Shown here: positions 41,400 through 54,550 of the stretch, one piece after another
How the letters are laid out: the number at the start of each line of letters is the position of its first letter
How positions within the stretch are numbered: the stretch's first letter is position 1
Assembly (NCBI RefSeq): GCF_009914755.1
Contig: NC_060925.1
Source: the human T2T-CHM13v2.0 reference genome, Homo sapiens
DNA: 64,000 nucleotides
Strand: one strand, 5' to 3'
Notes under the pieces: model-generated
Database searches by the model: none
What the model saw: the letters and a program-made list of their open reading frames with translations, nothing else
What the model was told of the DNA's origin: nothing
Program-made: the position numbers and the translations under genes

Positions 41400-43690
41400 T
41401 TTCCATCCCTTCTCTTGCCTTTCCATGAATCTGGAAGGCCTTCAACATTCCACCAATATGGAAACACTTCGTATCCTCAACTTTGGCTCTAAAAGCCTTC
41501 TTCACATTATCTCTTGGCTTTTGTCATAGGATACTGATAATCCTGCCCCTTCTTAAGAAGAGTTATTTTTCTCTTTCCTACAGCCTCCAGGTCAGGGTGG
41601 CTGTAAGAGGGTGGGTGACTTCTTAGTACCTCATTGCAACTTCATATTTTTTTTTACTTTCCTTTCAAACTTCCCGTGTTGAAGTCTGTCATCATGTTGT
41701 ATCACACTTTACACCTCATTGTTTCTGTATCATGTACTAACAGCAAGGGGCCTTTATTTTTGCTTCTGTCTTCATATTACTCTTATTATTCTTATTTAGT
41801 CTTAATTATTGACAATTTCTATAGAACTATAGAAATCCTCACACACCACAAACTCTAATTTTCATGAATTTATCTCCACCCGTGATCTTGTTATCTCCTC
41901 TGTCTCAACGATTCATCTATTCTCAGGGTTATACCCTCTATATGTGTATTATAATATCCTCATTTTTTGCACTCATTTTTCTAATTACTTCCAACTTCTT
42001 TCCAGGTGACTTCTTTTGGCATTACAGAATCCTTCAAAACTATCAGGACCCATAATATGTGTATTCATCAATGTTTTCACTAACTTCTATGCTTTCTCTT
42101 TCTTGCTTATGCATTTTCAATTTCACGGTCATTCATTTTAACCACACTCATATACCATCAAACATTCTTGCATTTTTTCACGTAGCTCTGCTTTCTTGCC
42201 CAAATCATAACACTGACCAAACTAAGCATTTATTTACTCTTTTCTTGCACTAATGTAGGTGAAAGTAACTGGACAAAAACTCCAAATCATAATGACTCGT
42301 CTCACTTCAAATGATGAATATAACCTCAATAGACCTGTAGCACTGCCTAAGGGCAATAATTTGTTTCTCTCAAGCATATTTCTTTCTCTTAGAAAACCAA
42401 CTCATCTTTTTCTTTATCTCTTTTAAACCTTCCATACTTTCTTTCCCAACCTTATTCTCAGATGATGACCTTGCTTACTAAAAGCCTTGAAGTGATCATA
42501 ATAAAAATTTCTATAGATTTTCATCACCACATTTACCCACAACTTCTAAAATCTACACTTGTATCTTTTTTTACTTACTTTTTCCAGTCACCTTACAAAG
42601 GATCAACTAACATCCTTTTACATAAAATGTATTTCTGCACATTCCTGCTTTCCAAATTAAGGATACAAATACAATAGTTTCTTCTTCTTCTAATCTGCAT
42701 CATTAATTTTTCCTCCCTCAGTGTATAAATAATTCTTTTCCTTTTTGTTATCTTTCTTCTTTTTTAAAAAATATATTATTTCATTTCTTATTCATGCTAT
42801 GTCCCCATATCTCTCTTTCATTTGTAGCAAAGACCCTTGAAATAGTTTATTTTGATTGTTTCCAGTTGTTCTCCCCATTCCCATTCTTTCTTAAATTCAA
42901 TATAATCAATCTTCATCTCCAACTCTATTAGAACCACTCTTTTAAGTTCACCAATTATCTCCAGCCTGTCTTCTAGGACTCAATATTTGTCCCTCTTTTA
43001 CATCTACACTAGTTATCATATCTAATTTTATAATTTTGATATCATTTGATCTAAAGACTGACAACTTTATTCCTAGGAATTTTAAACTCATATCCAACTG
43101 CTTACAGATATCTCAGTTTTAACATGTTCCAAATATAATTTTTTTCCTACAAACCCATCTCATTCATGGTCCATTTTAGGTAATATTAACTCCATCTTGC
43201 AAGTCCTCAGGCCAAACAAGCAGAAGATATTATTGACTTCTCTTATTAAATTGTTAGTTGGCTTACACAAATTCTTACAGGGTGACCAGATATCTTAGTT
43301 TTCCTGAGATTGAGGGGTTTCCTGAGAGAAAGGGATTTCATTGCTTAAACAAGTGCAGTAGCAGGCAAATTGTCACAGTTGTTCACACTAGAGGATCTGT
43401 TTCCTATGACCTCTCTGATATCATTTCCCACTAATCTCTATTTCACATGCTGTACCCCAGCAACGATGAACTCTTTGCATTCTCTCAAATATGTCAAATA
43501 GTTTTACACCTTAAGAACTTTGTGCTAGCTCTTCTGTTGCATTCAATGCTATTTTCAGTGGCTAACTCCTTTAATTTCCTTGAAGCTTGCTCAAATTCCC
43601 ACTTTTCAATGGTCCCCTCTGACCATCCAATTGAATGATTTCCACTCTTCTTCCATCTTTCTAATTCTAACTCACTGCCTTGGACCTTGA
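41400..43690 (+). mobile_element. Long degraded L2 tract
   Basis: About 2 kb of pyrimidine-rich sequence with L2 motifs (ctcatatccaactgcttac; ctcaggccaaac; cagatgatgaccttgct). Confidence 0.6.
43278..43390 (-). mobile_element. MER81 (hAT-Blackjack MITE) inserted in L2
   Basis: Terminal inverted repeats agggtgacca ... tgttcacacta; 113 bp; gagattgaggggtttcctgaga. Confidence 0.7.
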
Positions 43691-45443
43691 GCATAAGTGA
43701 CAGGCATGATCAAAAGTTGTTTGGAGGAAAAAGTGGTAACAAATTTTGTTATGTAATTTGCAATGTGGAAAATAAAGTTGTGTCTATTTTTCTTGCTTAA
43801 CTATATGAGTTTAATCAAAACTAGCTTAGATATTTTATGGACTATAAAAGTGACCTCTGCATTAATTATATTTAATCTAAGAAGTTTTTATATTTCACAC
43901 ATATCAATTTACTGTAACATTTCTGTGTTGATTCCACCTGTGTTTAAGGAAAGAGAGAGAGAATTCAATTTTAATAACAACCGTAGCCATATATTAAAAC
44001 TTCTTAAATTTTATATAGGTTTAATTCCAGTGATTGAACATTTCTTAAAATAGTATTGTGTTATTGTTTTCCAAATCTTCTTTCAAGCTAATGATAGTTA
44101 TTCCACAGGTCCTTACGAGGGACCTCTTGATCTAACTAGATGGTTTCCATGGATATTTAGAAAGCAACTGAAACATTTTAAGTGGCAATTAAAGTTAACA
44201 AATATGGTGACAATAATTCACAACCAAACTGAAGTGACAGCAACATGAAAAGCCATGAAAAAATTTAAACATATAGAAGCAATGATGAAAATATCTGCAT
44301 TGCAACCTGAACAAAGATGAGAACAAGATTTTAACAAATTTCTATGCTTCCCAATTCTAAAGATATTAAACATTAAAAAACTATATCCTAGGATCACTGA
44401 AGTGTTATATGCTGAAAACAACTTCCTCCGGGATCAATTTTTTTAAATGAAATGTGAATTAATCAATATTGTCTAGCTAATTTGCTGCAAAATTCCTCAT
44501 ATCCTTTGATACGTTAATTCACATTGCGAAGCTGCAAGAGAGGAATTAATTTTGTTGAGTTTCACAAATTTGCCTGTCTAGGGATTTCTGTTTTCTTTCT
44601 CTTATACCTTTTTATTTATTTATTTTTTGAGTAATCAAATAACTAGTATTTAAGGAATATACTAGTTTTTATTCTCTGTTGTCCTAATGTTAAGGAAGAA
44701 AAATTACCGTTTATTCATTTCCTGTGTATTCTCAAGCAAAATAAACTCTTAAGATAACTAGTAGTGGTAAATAATAAGAGCAAAGGATTGAATAGGAACC
44801 CCTTTCTAAGTATTTTATTTTTTCTCCTGGAGAATGCTCACCGATTCTTAGAGATACCCCTCCTCTAATTATAGAATCATTTAAAAAATCTCCTGAGAGG
44901 AGCTTTAAATTGTGATCATGAAAAGATAATGAAACATACCATTTATTTAGTAATGGGTGTGCCAGAAATGCTTTTCAATCTACTGGAAGAGTAATAGAGT
45001 TTGAATACTTGTGGTTGAAGGAGATAAATTAAAGAGAAGTAAATGTATCTTTGTGTGCAGGACATTAGTATGTATTTCCTGTTCTGACAGAGAATATTGG
45101 TTTAATTGATATAACTTTATTTTACTGAAGAAATAGAGCATACTAAATGTCATTACAAAAAAAATCAAATGGAACATTTTAATTATTGTCACAAAAAGAT
45201 GGAAAGCTCTTTCCTAAAGCACCAAAGCTGAATAAAATGGGAGTGGAGTATCACCAAAATACTGCTGGAGACAGCCAAGAGCCACCAGATATACACCTCA
45301 GAGGGGATATGATATGCTCAAATATCCCAGACAAGCAGAAGACTTAGGAATTACAGAAGACATAGAATAAATAGTGGTACAGTGACCTTAGTAAGAGATT
45401 ATGCCTTTATCGTTCCTTACTGGTTAACAGTGGGGTTTTTCCC

Positions 45444-45866
45444 TGTAATATAAGGTTTTGTTTTTGTTTTTTAATTGTGCTGTTTTGACCCAGTATTGAG
45501 GCCAGTTTGTTCCCATTCTACAACAGCCTCTCCCCTTACTGGGCTCTCAACTCCAGGCTACTATGCCCTTGCCCTATTTGCTCCAAGGCCAGGTTCCAGG
45601 CAACTTAAATTATTAAATTATCAAATTAGCCAGTTCATAGGGAGCCCAGAAAACCTAGCTAACCCTAACGTGATGTCCATGCATGAGCGTCCCCAACAGC
45701 TCCAACTTGTTGTTACTCTGTCCCTAGGTTGCAATCCTTGTGTGGCCCTGCCTGGAAGCCTTCTCTCATTCAGAGCTGTAAGTAACAATAAAAATCCTGT
45801 CTTTCATCTATTGAGTGTTGATGTTTGTAATATGCCATCAAAAGACTCTTAAAATATTATAAAGCA
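45444..45866 (+). mobile_element. ERVL solo LTR, MER73-like
   Basis: TG...CA ends; caaattagcca..tagggagccc..aaacctagctaacc; tgtgtggccctgcctgg; gagctgtaagtaaca; 5-bp TSD ttccc/ttcct. Confidence 0.75.
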
Positions 45867-46401
45867 TTCCTCACTGCCCAGTCAAAGAGGTGGGCTCCAA
45901 AACAAATATTTTTGAAGATAATGTGACTGATGGAAAGCCAGGCCATTCACTTTCAATGTATTATTATTATTCAATGGATTTGCTGATCAGTCTTCTCTAG
46001 GAATTTGAGCAAGTGGAAAAAAAATTCTAAAAAATATGACAAGGCAGAAAGAAGACAAAACAACAAATCAGCTGATAGTTTCCTGCTTTGGTCAGGCGAT
46101 AGGTGTGTTTCCTATAGTTTAAGTGGAAAATTAGCTAAATATAATTAACTTTATGGTTCCCTACCAGAATTTGAGAGGTCAGTCTCTCAATGGGAAACTC
46201 CAACAGGAAAAGGCTTGCATAGACCACAGAGACAGGTGCTGAGTAGGAAATTGGTCAGTTCCTGAATTTTTCGTGTCGAAGAATCAGGCCACAGAAGGGA
46301 GACTGTATTCTGCCCCACAGAATCATATATATTTTTTACCAGAAAGCCAAGAGAGCACTAAAGCATCATCAATTGAGAAAATCATTGTTTGTATATTTCT
46401 T

Positions 46402-47683
46402 TGGTATGGGTTAAATTGTGTATTCAGGAAAATATATGTTGCAGTTCTAACACCCGGTACTTCTGGATGTGTGTGACTTTATTTGTAAATGAGGTCACTG
46501 TAGGTGTAATTAGTTAAGGTGAGACCATACGGGAGGAGGATGAGTCTTTAATCCAACATAACTAATGTACTTATAAGGAGACACTGAGACCCCCGGGAGA
46601 ATACCACATGATGGTGTAACCAGAGAGTGAATTGGTGCCTCTAAAAGTTAAGAAAATAACAATGAATGCTGGTTGTCACCCAAAACTAGAAGCGAGGCAA
46701 GGAACAGATCCTCTTTCACAGCCCTCAGAAGGAACCAATTCCACCAACACCTTTGCCTCAGACATCAAACTTCCACAACAGTTTGCAAGAGTGAATTTGA
46801 GACGGGAGGAGTTCCCTCACCCCCTTGCAGGGCATGTGACAGAGGTGTGGCTCCCCTCTTAGGTGGCCCACTGCTCAAACCCCTGGGGGGAGCATGCAGA
46901 CTGGCAGTTCTAGGGAGTGTTTTGGGTCTCAGGCCCCATGGTAGTGTTTGGGGTTGACTGTTTACAGCTCCTGAAGCCCCAGTAGGCCTGTGTTACAGTG
47001 TGCGCTCTCAGTTTTGCCATCTGCAGGCAGCTTGTGTTAATCAGCTCAATTATACCCTCTGCCTTACTGCAAGGACAAAGGCCTTTCTGTATCTTGGGTT
47101 CTTGCCCTAGTGTGCCGGAAAAAAACAGATCATATGTGAGCTTGGAGGATGGGTACAAGGTTTTATTGAGTGATGGAAGTAGCTCTCAGTGAGACGGATG
47201 AGGAGGCCAGCATGGGAATGGAGTGGAAAGATGGTCTTCCCCTGGAGTCGGGCCTCCCAGTGGCCAGCTCTCCCCTGACTGCCCGCAACAGAATTCCATG
47301 TCGTCCCGCCATGTGATGGCCTGCCAGCGTCTGCTGGTGTCTATCAGTGAGCTCTTTTGCTCTTCTGCTCCTCTCGACGTCCAGTTGTTTGTGTCTGCCC
47401 ACTAGGGTTTCAGAGTTTTTATGGGCACAGGATGGGGGGCGTGGTGGGCCAGAGTGATCTTTGAAAGTGCAACATTTGGGCATGAAAAGAGGAGTGCTTC
47501 TCCTCACTTAGTTTCTTGGGCACAAGCCCGAGGGTGGAGCTCCCGCCAGGTACCCCGCTCTTCTCTACCCAGCACTTCCCTGCCATGCTCCCGTATCAAA
47601 TTTCAGTTGTTTTAAGCTACACTGCTTGTGGTACACTGCTTAACCAAGTTGCTTTGTTAAAGCAACTTTAGGAAATTAATACA
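46402..47683 (+). mobile_element. MaLR solo LTR, MLT1C-like, interrupted by LTR1 (halves 46402-46797 and 47599-47683)
   Basis: tatgggttaaattgtgt..; gaggcaaggaacagat.ct..cacagccctcagaaggaaccaa; resumes aatttcagttgttttaagc..ggaaattaataca; TSD ttctt/ttctc. Confidence 0.88.
46798..47598 (-). mobile_element. ERV1 solo LTR, LTR1 family
   Basis: The reverse complement begins tgatacggg..gcagggaagtgctgggtagagaag; aataaa and ataaaaa motifs on the minus strand; TG...CA ends; 4-bp TSD aatt at 46794-46797 and 47599-47602. Confidence 0.88.
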
Positions 47684-48579
47684 TTCTCCAATTTTTTCAT
47701 TCCCCACTCTTAACTCTAGAGTAGATACAGGAAGAAGAGTGAAGGAAGAGGAGGAGTGAAAATAGGCATGGAAGCCTCTAAGCCTCCAGGTACTGGGAGC
47801 AGAGAGAGAGGTAAGGTTTGATTGCATAGGTAATGGAGGTTTTAAATTAGGATGATTGATCTAGAAATTGCATACTCTATATTTTAGACCCTTATGTCAA
47901 TTTTCATTGCAAATTGTCTGTTTTAATGAGATAAACTTCAAATAGTATTAATGGGTTTAAAAAGAAATTAAGCAGATATTTGTTGGAAGCTATTGAAGAA
48001 AAATAAATGTCATTCACATAGGCACCCCAACAAGTTCTGAGTGCTCAATAAACCTGTCACACAGACTTGACCGAGAGTAAATGGATCTAAGTGGGCATCC
48101 TGTTCAGCCTAAGTTCAGCCACCTTGAGACTACCCTTAGCACTTGCCCCAATTATCACTAAAGAAACAAAAAATAATTTCAAGCTTAATTAATAATTCAT
48201 AAGATTTACATTATACATCTTGGAGCTTTATGTCCTATAACATTCAGGAAAATAAAATAAAATTATTTCATCACTGGCTTATAGTCATGTCACCTCTCTT
48301 TTCCCCTTCCCTTTTAAGACAAATTTCTTCACCTTTCTGTATTGTCCTAAGCAAATATACCATGCATATTCTATTCAGCAAAACTGAAATTCTGTTAGTT
48401 GAACTTAAAATCCTTTAAAAGCAGCTCAGCAACCATGCTTACTGATAAGTAACAATGCTTCTCAAGTGAGTTATCAAATTTTTCAACCAAATACATAGGT
48501 CTCTTGGAAGATTTTAGTCTTTGCATAAGCAAAACACAATGTGGTTTTCTGTCCAATTATGTAAGCTGTAGTTAGAAAA

Positions 48580-48920
48580 TTCTCATACATACCTGCTGAA
48601 AGAATATTCTCATATATATGCTAATATATGTATACTCATATATATAATGTATTAAGGACATTCTCATATGCTGAAAGAATATAGAATATAAATATGTAAA
48701 TATGTTTTTTATGTTTAACATGAAACATATAATACATTATTATATATGTTACATATGTAATGTATTATAATATTATATGTTACATATATAATTTATTACA
48801 TATCATATAGTATATTACATATACTATATAGTAATGCATTATATATGTAACATATATAACACATTATTATACTATATATGATGTGTATGTATAGTATTAT
48901 ATATTTTATTGTATATACTA
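48580..48920. repeat. AT-rich low-complexity, degenerate (TA)n tract
   Basis: Repeated tatatgttacatata and attctcata..tgctgaaagaata units. Confidence 0.8.
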
Positions 48921-50423
48921 CATGCACAAATTACAGGACAGTATGTTAGTTGTTATTGGAGATAAATGCAAATAAGACAGCATAAAGCATTGTAACTATA
49001 GGAAAAAACATATAATTCCCATAATTATAAATGTAACTGAAGACAGAATGTTATGCTAGGTTTGTGAGTGCTAATTAATAGCATTATTTTCAACTCCAAG
49101 TATTTAACCAACTGAGAAATTCACGCTGGAGTCAGTTAGAAAATAAAATATCAGTTGTTTCTTTTTCTTGTTTTCTTGACAAGGCTAAATTAGAGGATGG
49201 AATAAAAATGGGCCTGCTGCATTTTTCTACCAACTCACCTCACTCCCTTTCAAGATCTTAAGATCTTTTGGACTGCCAAGCGGAAATTCCCTGGGAAAAA
49301 TATTTCCCACCACATCCAATTCAGAAGAAACCAATAAATAAAATCTACCTATGAGCAAATGGGACTTCAAGTCTATGAAATGGAAAATTATAAAACAGTG
49401 AACAGATCTCCATTCCTTATTGCAATCATGTAGTCTTCTAGTCTAGGGCCATGCACCAAAACCATTTTAGATTTAACCCCTGACTTGTTGTCTTCAAGCT
49501 GATATATTCAGGTGGCAAGAATTATTAGTTCAACTAAGAATGGCTAAGATGTAATAAATATTCAATAAATACTAACTGGGGGTTGTGCACCAAGGATAAA
49601 GACTTATTTATATAGACTCAATTGAAAAGTCTACAATTTGAATTTGCTCTTCGAAATTCCCAGAAGGCCTCTCAAGTGTCACAGAATCAGCAAGTGAACA
49701 AGATTCTCACCATCCTCAGGGCAGTCAAGAACAATAAAATGTAGAACTTTGAAATTCGGAGATTAAGCTGTAAGGCTAATCTACACAGAGGACTAACATG
49801 AGCAAACATATGAACAGGGCAATTCTGGTACTGGCAGCACTTAAGTTTAGGATATAAATGGAGATAAGTGTAAGAAAGTAGGACAAATGGCTTTTTAGTA
49901 TAATTTGAATATTATCAGATGACAAATTTTAATTTAAGATAATTTCATTTGTGTATTAAAATGTTTAAAATAGTTTAATAATCTATTTTACTACCATTAT
50001 TAACCATTGAAATATTCTGTTAATAATGTTTTTAATATTTACTTATAGTATTACTTAATTATTTTTCTAGGCAGGTTAACTTAGTTCAATTATCCATTAA
50101 TTAGAAGCAGAAATAAAAGTTAATATTTAAATCTTCCATTTTCAACCAATACCACATTCTTTTACCCACACCTTTTTAAGATCTCTTCTTCATCAGCAAG
50201 ACGAGGGCATGAACTACATATCCATATCCTTCCCAACATGGTTCAGGTCAGAGTTTGCCAGTGAAAGGCACTAATGCAGGATTCGGAAGGTAGAAAAAAA
50301 TGGATAAGCCATTATTTTTCAGAGGTAGTTGTGATCAGACACAAGCTTCCTGGCGAGCTGTGGAGATACACCCATGTTGTCATTGCCTAATTTCTCCCTG
50401 AACATTTAGAAAGCTTCTTCATA

Positions 50424-51362
50424 GAACCTACGGAATGGGAAAGAACATTTGCAAGCTATGCAGATGACAAAGTTGTAATATCTAGACTCTATAAGGAACT
50501 TAACAAGCAAAAAACAAACAACCCCATTAAAAAGTGGGCAAAGGACATGGACAGAGATTTTTCAAAAGAAGACATAGACACGCCTAACAAGTAAACAAAA
50601 AAAAATGCTCAACATCACTGATAATTAGAGACATGCAAAGCAAAACCACAATGAGATACCATCTTACACCAGTCAGAATGGCTATTATTAAAAGGTCAAA
50701 AAATAAATGCTGGCAAGGTTGTGGAGAAAAGAGACCGCTTCTACACAGCTGGTGGAAATGTAAATTAGTTCAGCCTTTGTGGAAAGCAGTTTAGTGATTT
50801 CTCAAAGAACCCAAATGCAGAAATACTCAACCCAGCAATCTGATTATTGGGTATAAACCCAAAGAAATATAAATCAGTATACCATAAAGATACATGGATA
50901 TGTATGTTCATTGCAACACTGTTCACAATAGCAAAGATATGGAAACAGCCTAAATGGCTGTCAACGATAGACTGAATAAAGAAAATGTGGTACATATATA
51001 TCATAGAAGACTATGCAGCCATAAAAAATAATGAGATCTTATCTTTTGCAGCAACATGGATGAAGCTGGAGGCCATTATTCTAAGCAAACTAAAACAGGA
51101 TCAGAAAATCAAATACCAAATGTTTTTATTTGTAAATGGCAGCTAAACTTTGAATGCATATGGACACAATGAAGGGAAAAACAGACACCAAGGCCTACTT
51201 GAAGGTCGGGGTTGGGAGGAGGGGGAGAATCAAAATACTACCTATCGAGTACTATGTTTATTACTTGGGTGACAAAACTATCTGTACACCAAACCCCTGT
51301 GACACACAATTTATTTATATGACAAACCTACACATTTACCCCTGAACGTAAAATAAAAGTTG
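50424..51362 (+). mobile_element. 5'-truncated L1 (L1PA16-like): ORF2 C-terminus plus 3'UTR
   Basis: aacaaccccattaaaaagtgggcaaaggacatg; caaaaccacaatgagataccatct.acaccagtcagaatgg; ctacctatcgagtactatg..tctgtacaccaaacccc; aaaataaaagtt. Confidence 0.92.
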
Positions 51363-51590
51363 TTTTTTTTGTTTTGTTTTGTTTTGTTTTTTAATGAAGA
51401 AATGTAGCAGTTTCTCACGGCATTGTTGGTAACAACATGCTTCTAAACTCTTGGTTGAGATAGTAATGGTGAACTTTCTGAACTTTGATTTCTCAGTTCT
51501 TCTAATATTTTTCTAAATCTCAAAGTCCCATTAAATTCCATTCCTGCTCAAAACTGACAGATCATATTTTAATTAGAAAATGGACAAGAA

Positions 51591-52218
51591 CCATGATCTG
51601 GTTCACTCCAGCCTGGGGCCCTCCTGACCTGGGGCTGCCCAGGCGCTGAACAACTACCCTTGGCACCCAGGAGAACCAGACACTGGTAGTAGCTGGAACC
51701 CTGTGGGACTGTCCTGCCCACTTTGGCCCTGTCCTGCCCACTGTGGCCCTGGAGGCTGAGGTAAGTGATTTCTGGACTATGTACATGGCCTGGCTCAGCT
51801 CTCAGTATATAAATTTGCAGACCAATGTGAATAGGTAACAACTGAAAATGGTATTGGAACAGTTGGAAGGTTTGCACAGGAAAATTTGGGAGATGTTTAT
51901 TACAGTCTGCCTGAAATTGAGACAAAATTAAACAAATAAAATGGATTTTGGACATTGGAAAGGGTGAAAGCTGCTACTGAACTTTGTTCTCTTCTATCAG
52001 GAGAAGCAACCAAAATTAAAGAAGCTCTTGCAGAAAATCCAGCACTTGTCAACAAATCTTGTTATGAATAGAGTTGGCTGATCAAGGTGACACTCAGTAA
52101 CCGTTAAAAACTAGATGGATTAATGAATGAAGATATATATAAGAAATATGTGAAATCAACCAAGGAGTAAAAATGAAACCCCTATAAAAACTATTCTGAG
52201 GAAAAGTAATGAAAAAAA
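51591..52218 (+). pseudogene. GCSH: Processed pseudogene of glycine cleavage system H protein (GCSH)
   Basis: 51796-52170 translates [120 protein letters not shown]. It is collinear with mature GCSH, intronless, and has four internal stops. GC-rich leader upstream, A-rich tail, TSD agaaaatg(g/a)acaagaa at 51575-51590 and 52219-52234. The symbol names the parent gene. Confidence 0.96.
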
Positions 52219-53744
52219 AGAAAATGAACAAGAAGTAAGATAATCAAGTAATAAAGTGATGTTTTAGGGTTACATATCATTCTGAACAAAATAACAAAAA
52301 AAATTAATTTGGTATAATTTACACTTATTTTCTCTTCAGATATATTCTTTAATTAATATGCCATTTCAAACCCTTACAAGTATGAATTTTTAAAACTATA
52401 TTCTTTCTTTTTTAAATAACAGTGAGCTATTGAAAACTCAAAATCTACCGAGTTGACCTTTCTGTTAAATCTGTTGAATTCACTTGATATAATTAAAAAA
52501 CATACATTGTAAAAGAAAATATAGAATCAAACTTAGTGTGATTAGCATATGATAAAATGATAATTAATGTAATAAGTCTTCAAAGCTTTCCCTAAAACTT
52601 TTGATAGATCAAATAATATTTTAGCTCTTATCCTTGCTTGATGAGCACACATCCTAATTCATGATAATCAACTTATACTGTGTAAAACATCTTCAGAATG
52701 TTCTACAACAATTAGTGATTTTATATTTGAACAGTACCATATTCCATCTACTTATCTATCTGCCTAAAATTAAATAATTAGTCCTCTTTTGCAAGTATGC
52801 CAATGATTCTCAGAAAGTAAATTGGGAATATGTCTTAAGTTACATTTTTTTTAACTTGGTTTTCCAATTAGAGTTAAGGAAAACTCTTCATCCTCCTACT
52901 GTTTATTTTTGTTCTTTCGTTATTTCTCTCTTTCTTTCCCTCTCTGTTACTCTTATTATTTTTGTCAAAACATTGACTAACATCAGAGATAGGTTTGTAA
53001 TTATCCACTATGGAAATTTGGAATGATGTTGTCTGCATTTAACAATATTATTGTTTACTCTCTGGCTCTGATTCCAAATAGTATGCTTATACAAATACCA
53101 AACGTTTGCTGTGAGTGTTTACTTACTCACATGCATATATAGTATAAGGCCTATATTTAGCAGTTTATCCTTTATTAAAGTAAAATTTTACCAATAATGA
53201 ACACATAAGTGGTTAACTGTTACTTTCTCTAGTAAAGCAATCTTCATTTATCCTCTTCAGCTCTACCACCTAGAAGACATAGGACTTGAGCACATGAACT
53301 AAGTTACTGAGTATTTAGCATAGTAACAAGACAATGATTAATGCTCAGAATAAGAGGATACATTTATAACCATCAGTTCTTCAACTGCTCTTTGAATGCT
53401 TTTGTATTTCTTTGTTGTGTTTATGTGACAAATAAATGGTTAGTACTATAAATGAGATAGCGGCAAGCCATATGTATTGTTCCTGCTCACTGAAGTTAGA
53501 GTACATATTAAAGTATAAATATAACCATGTATCTTCTTGTCCTAAAATTCTTCATTGGCTCCCTTTCTTCAGGATGAAGTTAAACCATCTTATTAAAGGC
53601 TTCTGACTTGGATGCTTTGTCTTCCTCCTCTGCTTCATCTCTTTACACTTTACAATAAAACATATCTATTAGGCTGACTTCCTAGTTGAAGGCAGCAGAA
53701 TCCATTCAAACTAGTTTAAACAGAAAAGGAAGTTGCTTTATTTT

Positions 53745-54191
53745 TGCAAAAAGACCGCCTAATATGCATAAATGGTAGTAGAAAAACAGTAGGAAAAAAA
53801 GTAAACCATAATTTTTTTCCTCTTAACATTCACAAAAAATAACTAAAAATGGATCAAAGATCTAAATAAAAAACTAAAACTCTAAAACTTCATGAAGAAA
53901 ATATGAGAAAATATTTGCAAATGCTTCAGATACGACACAAAAGTAGAAACAATGAAAGAGTAATATTGATACTTGACATCTACAAATGCTAAAATGAACA
54001 AATTTCTTTTTTAGGTCAATTATACAAACACGGAAAGACCAGAAACAGACTGGAAGAAAATATTTGCAAAACATGTGTCAGGAAAAGGTTGTGTATCCTA
54101 TATATATAACTAATTTTTGAACTCATTTGTAAGATAATCAACCTGATTAAAAAGAAATGTGCAAAAATGTGAGCAGCATTTCACCAAATAT

Positions 54192-54229
<38 letters not shown>

Positions 54230-54550
54230 TGTGATGCATAAGCATGTGGAAATATACCCAACATTGTTAATCATTTGAGAAATACAAACTAAACCATAAG
54301 AATACACCATCACATAGTTGTTAAGATGGCTAAAATTACAAAGTTTGCTAATACCCAGGGTTGTTAAAAGTGTGGATCAACTGGACCTCTCATTCATTGT
54401 TGGTGGGAATATAAAATGCTACAATCAACTGGGAAATAAATAGTTCAGCAGTTTCCTATTAAGTTAAAGATACACTTATAAACAGTCAGTGATTCAACTC
54501 CCAGATATTTACCCAGCAGATATGAAAAATATCCATACAAAGCTTATATC
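53745..54550 (+). mobile_element. Old L1M ORF2 3' region containing a (TG)n tract
   Basis: aaaatggatcaaagatctaaat; cagactggaagaaaatatttgcaaaacat; ctctcattcattgttggtgggaatataaaatg. Confidence 0.75.
54193..54233. repeat. (GT)n microsatellite
   Basis: (GT)15 then AT then further GT units. Confidence 0.9.

Larger units (their letters stand above)
45922..48061 (+). mobile_element. Possible ancient Gypsy-type LTR (MamGypLTR-like), split by the MLT1C/LTR1 insertion
   Basis: 3' end aaaaataaa..caccccaacaagttctg..ctcaataaacctgtcaca resembles MamGypLTR termini; LTR-like sequence on both sides of MLT1C; 5' boundary uncertain. Confidence 0.4.

Noticed and set aside
43690-44660. Possible old hAT/Charlie transposon remnant
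   Set aside because: Only a vague resemblance; no terminal repeats or peptide motif that I can support
50170-51560. Old ERVL LTR (LTR33/41-like) split by the L1 at 50424
   Set aside because: Similarity is too weak to set family or boundaries by eye
51562-51955. Minus-strand ORFs of 74 and 128 aa
   Set aside because: Antisense frames of the GCSH pseudogene with no independent coding signal
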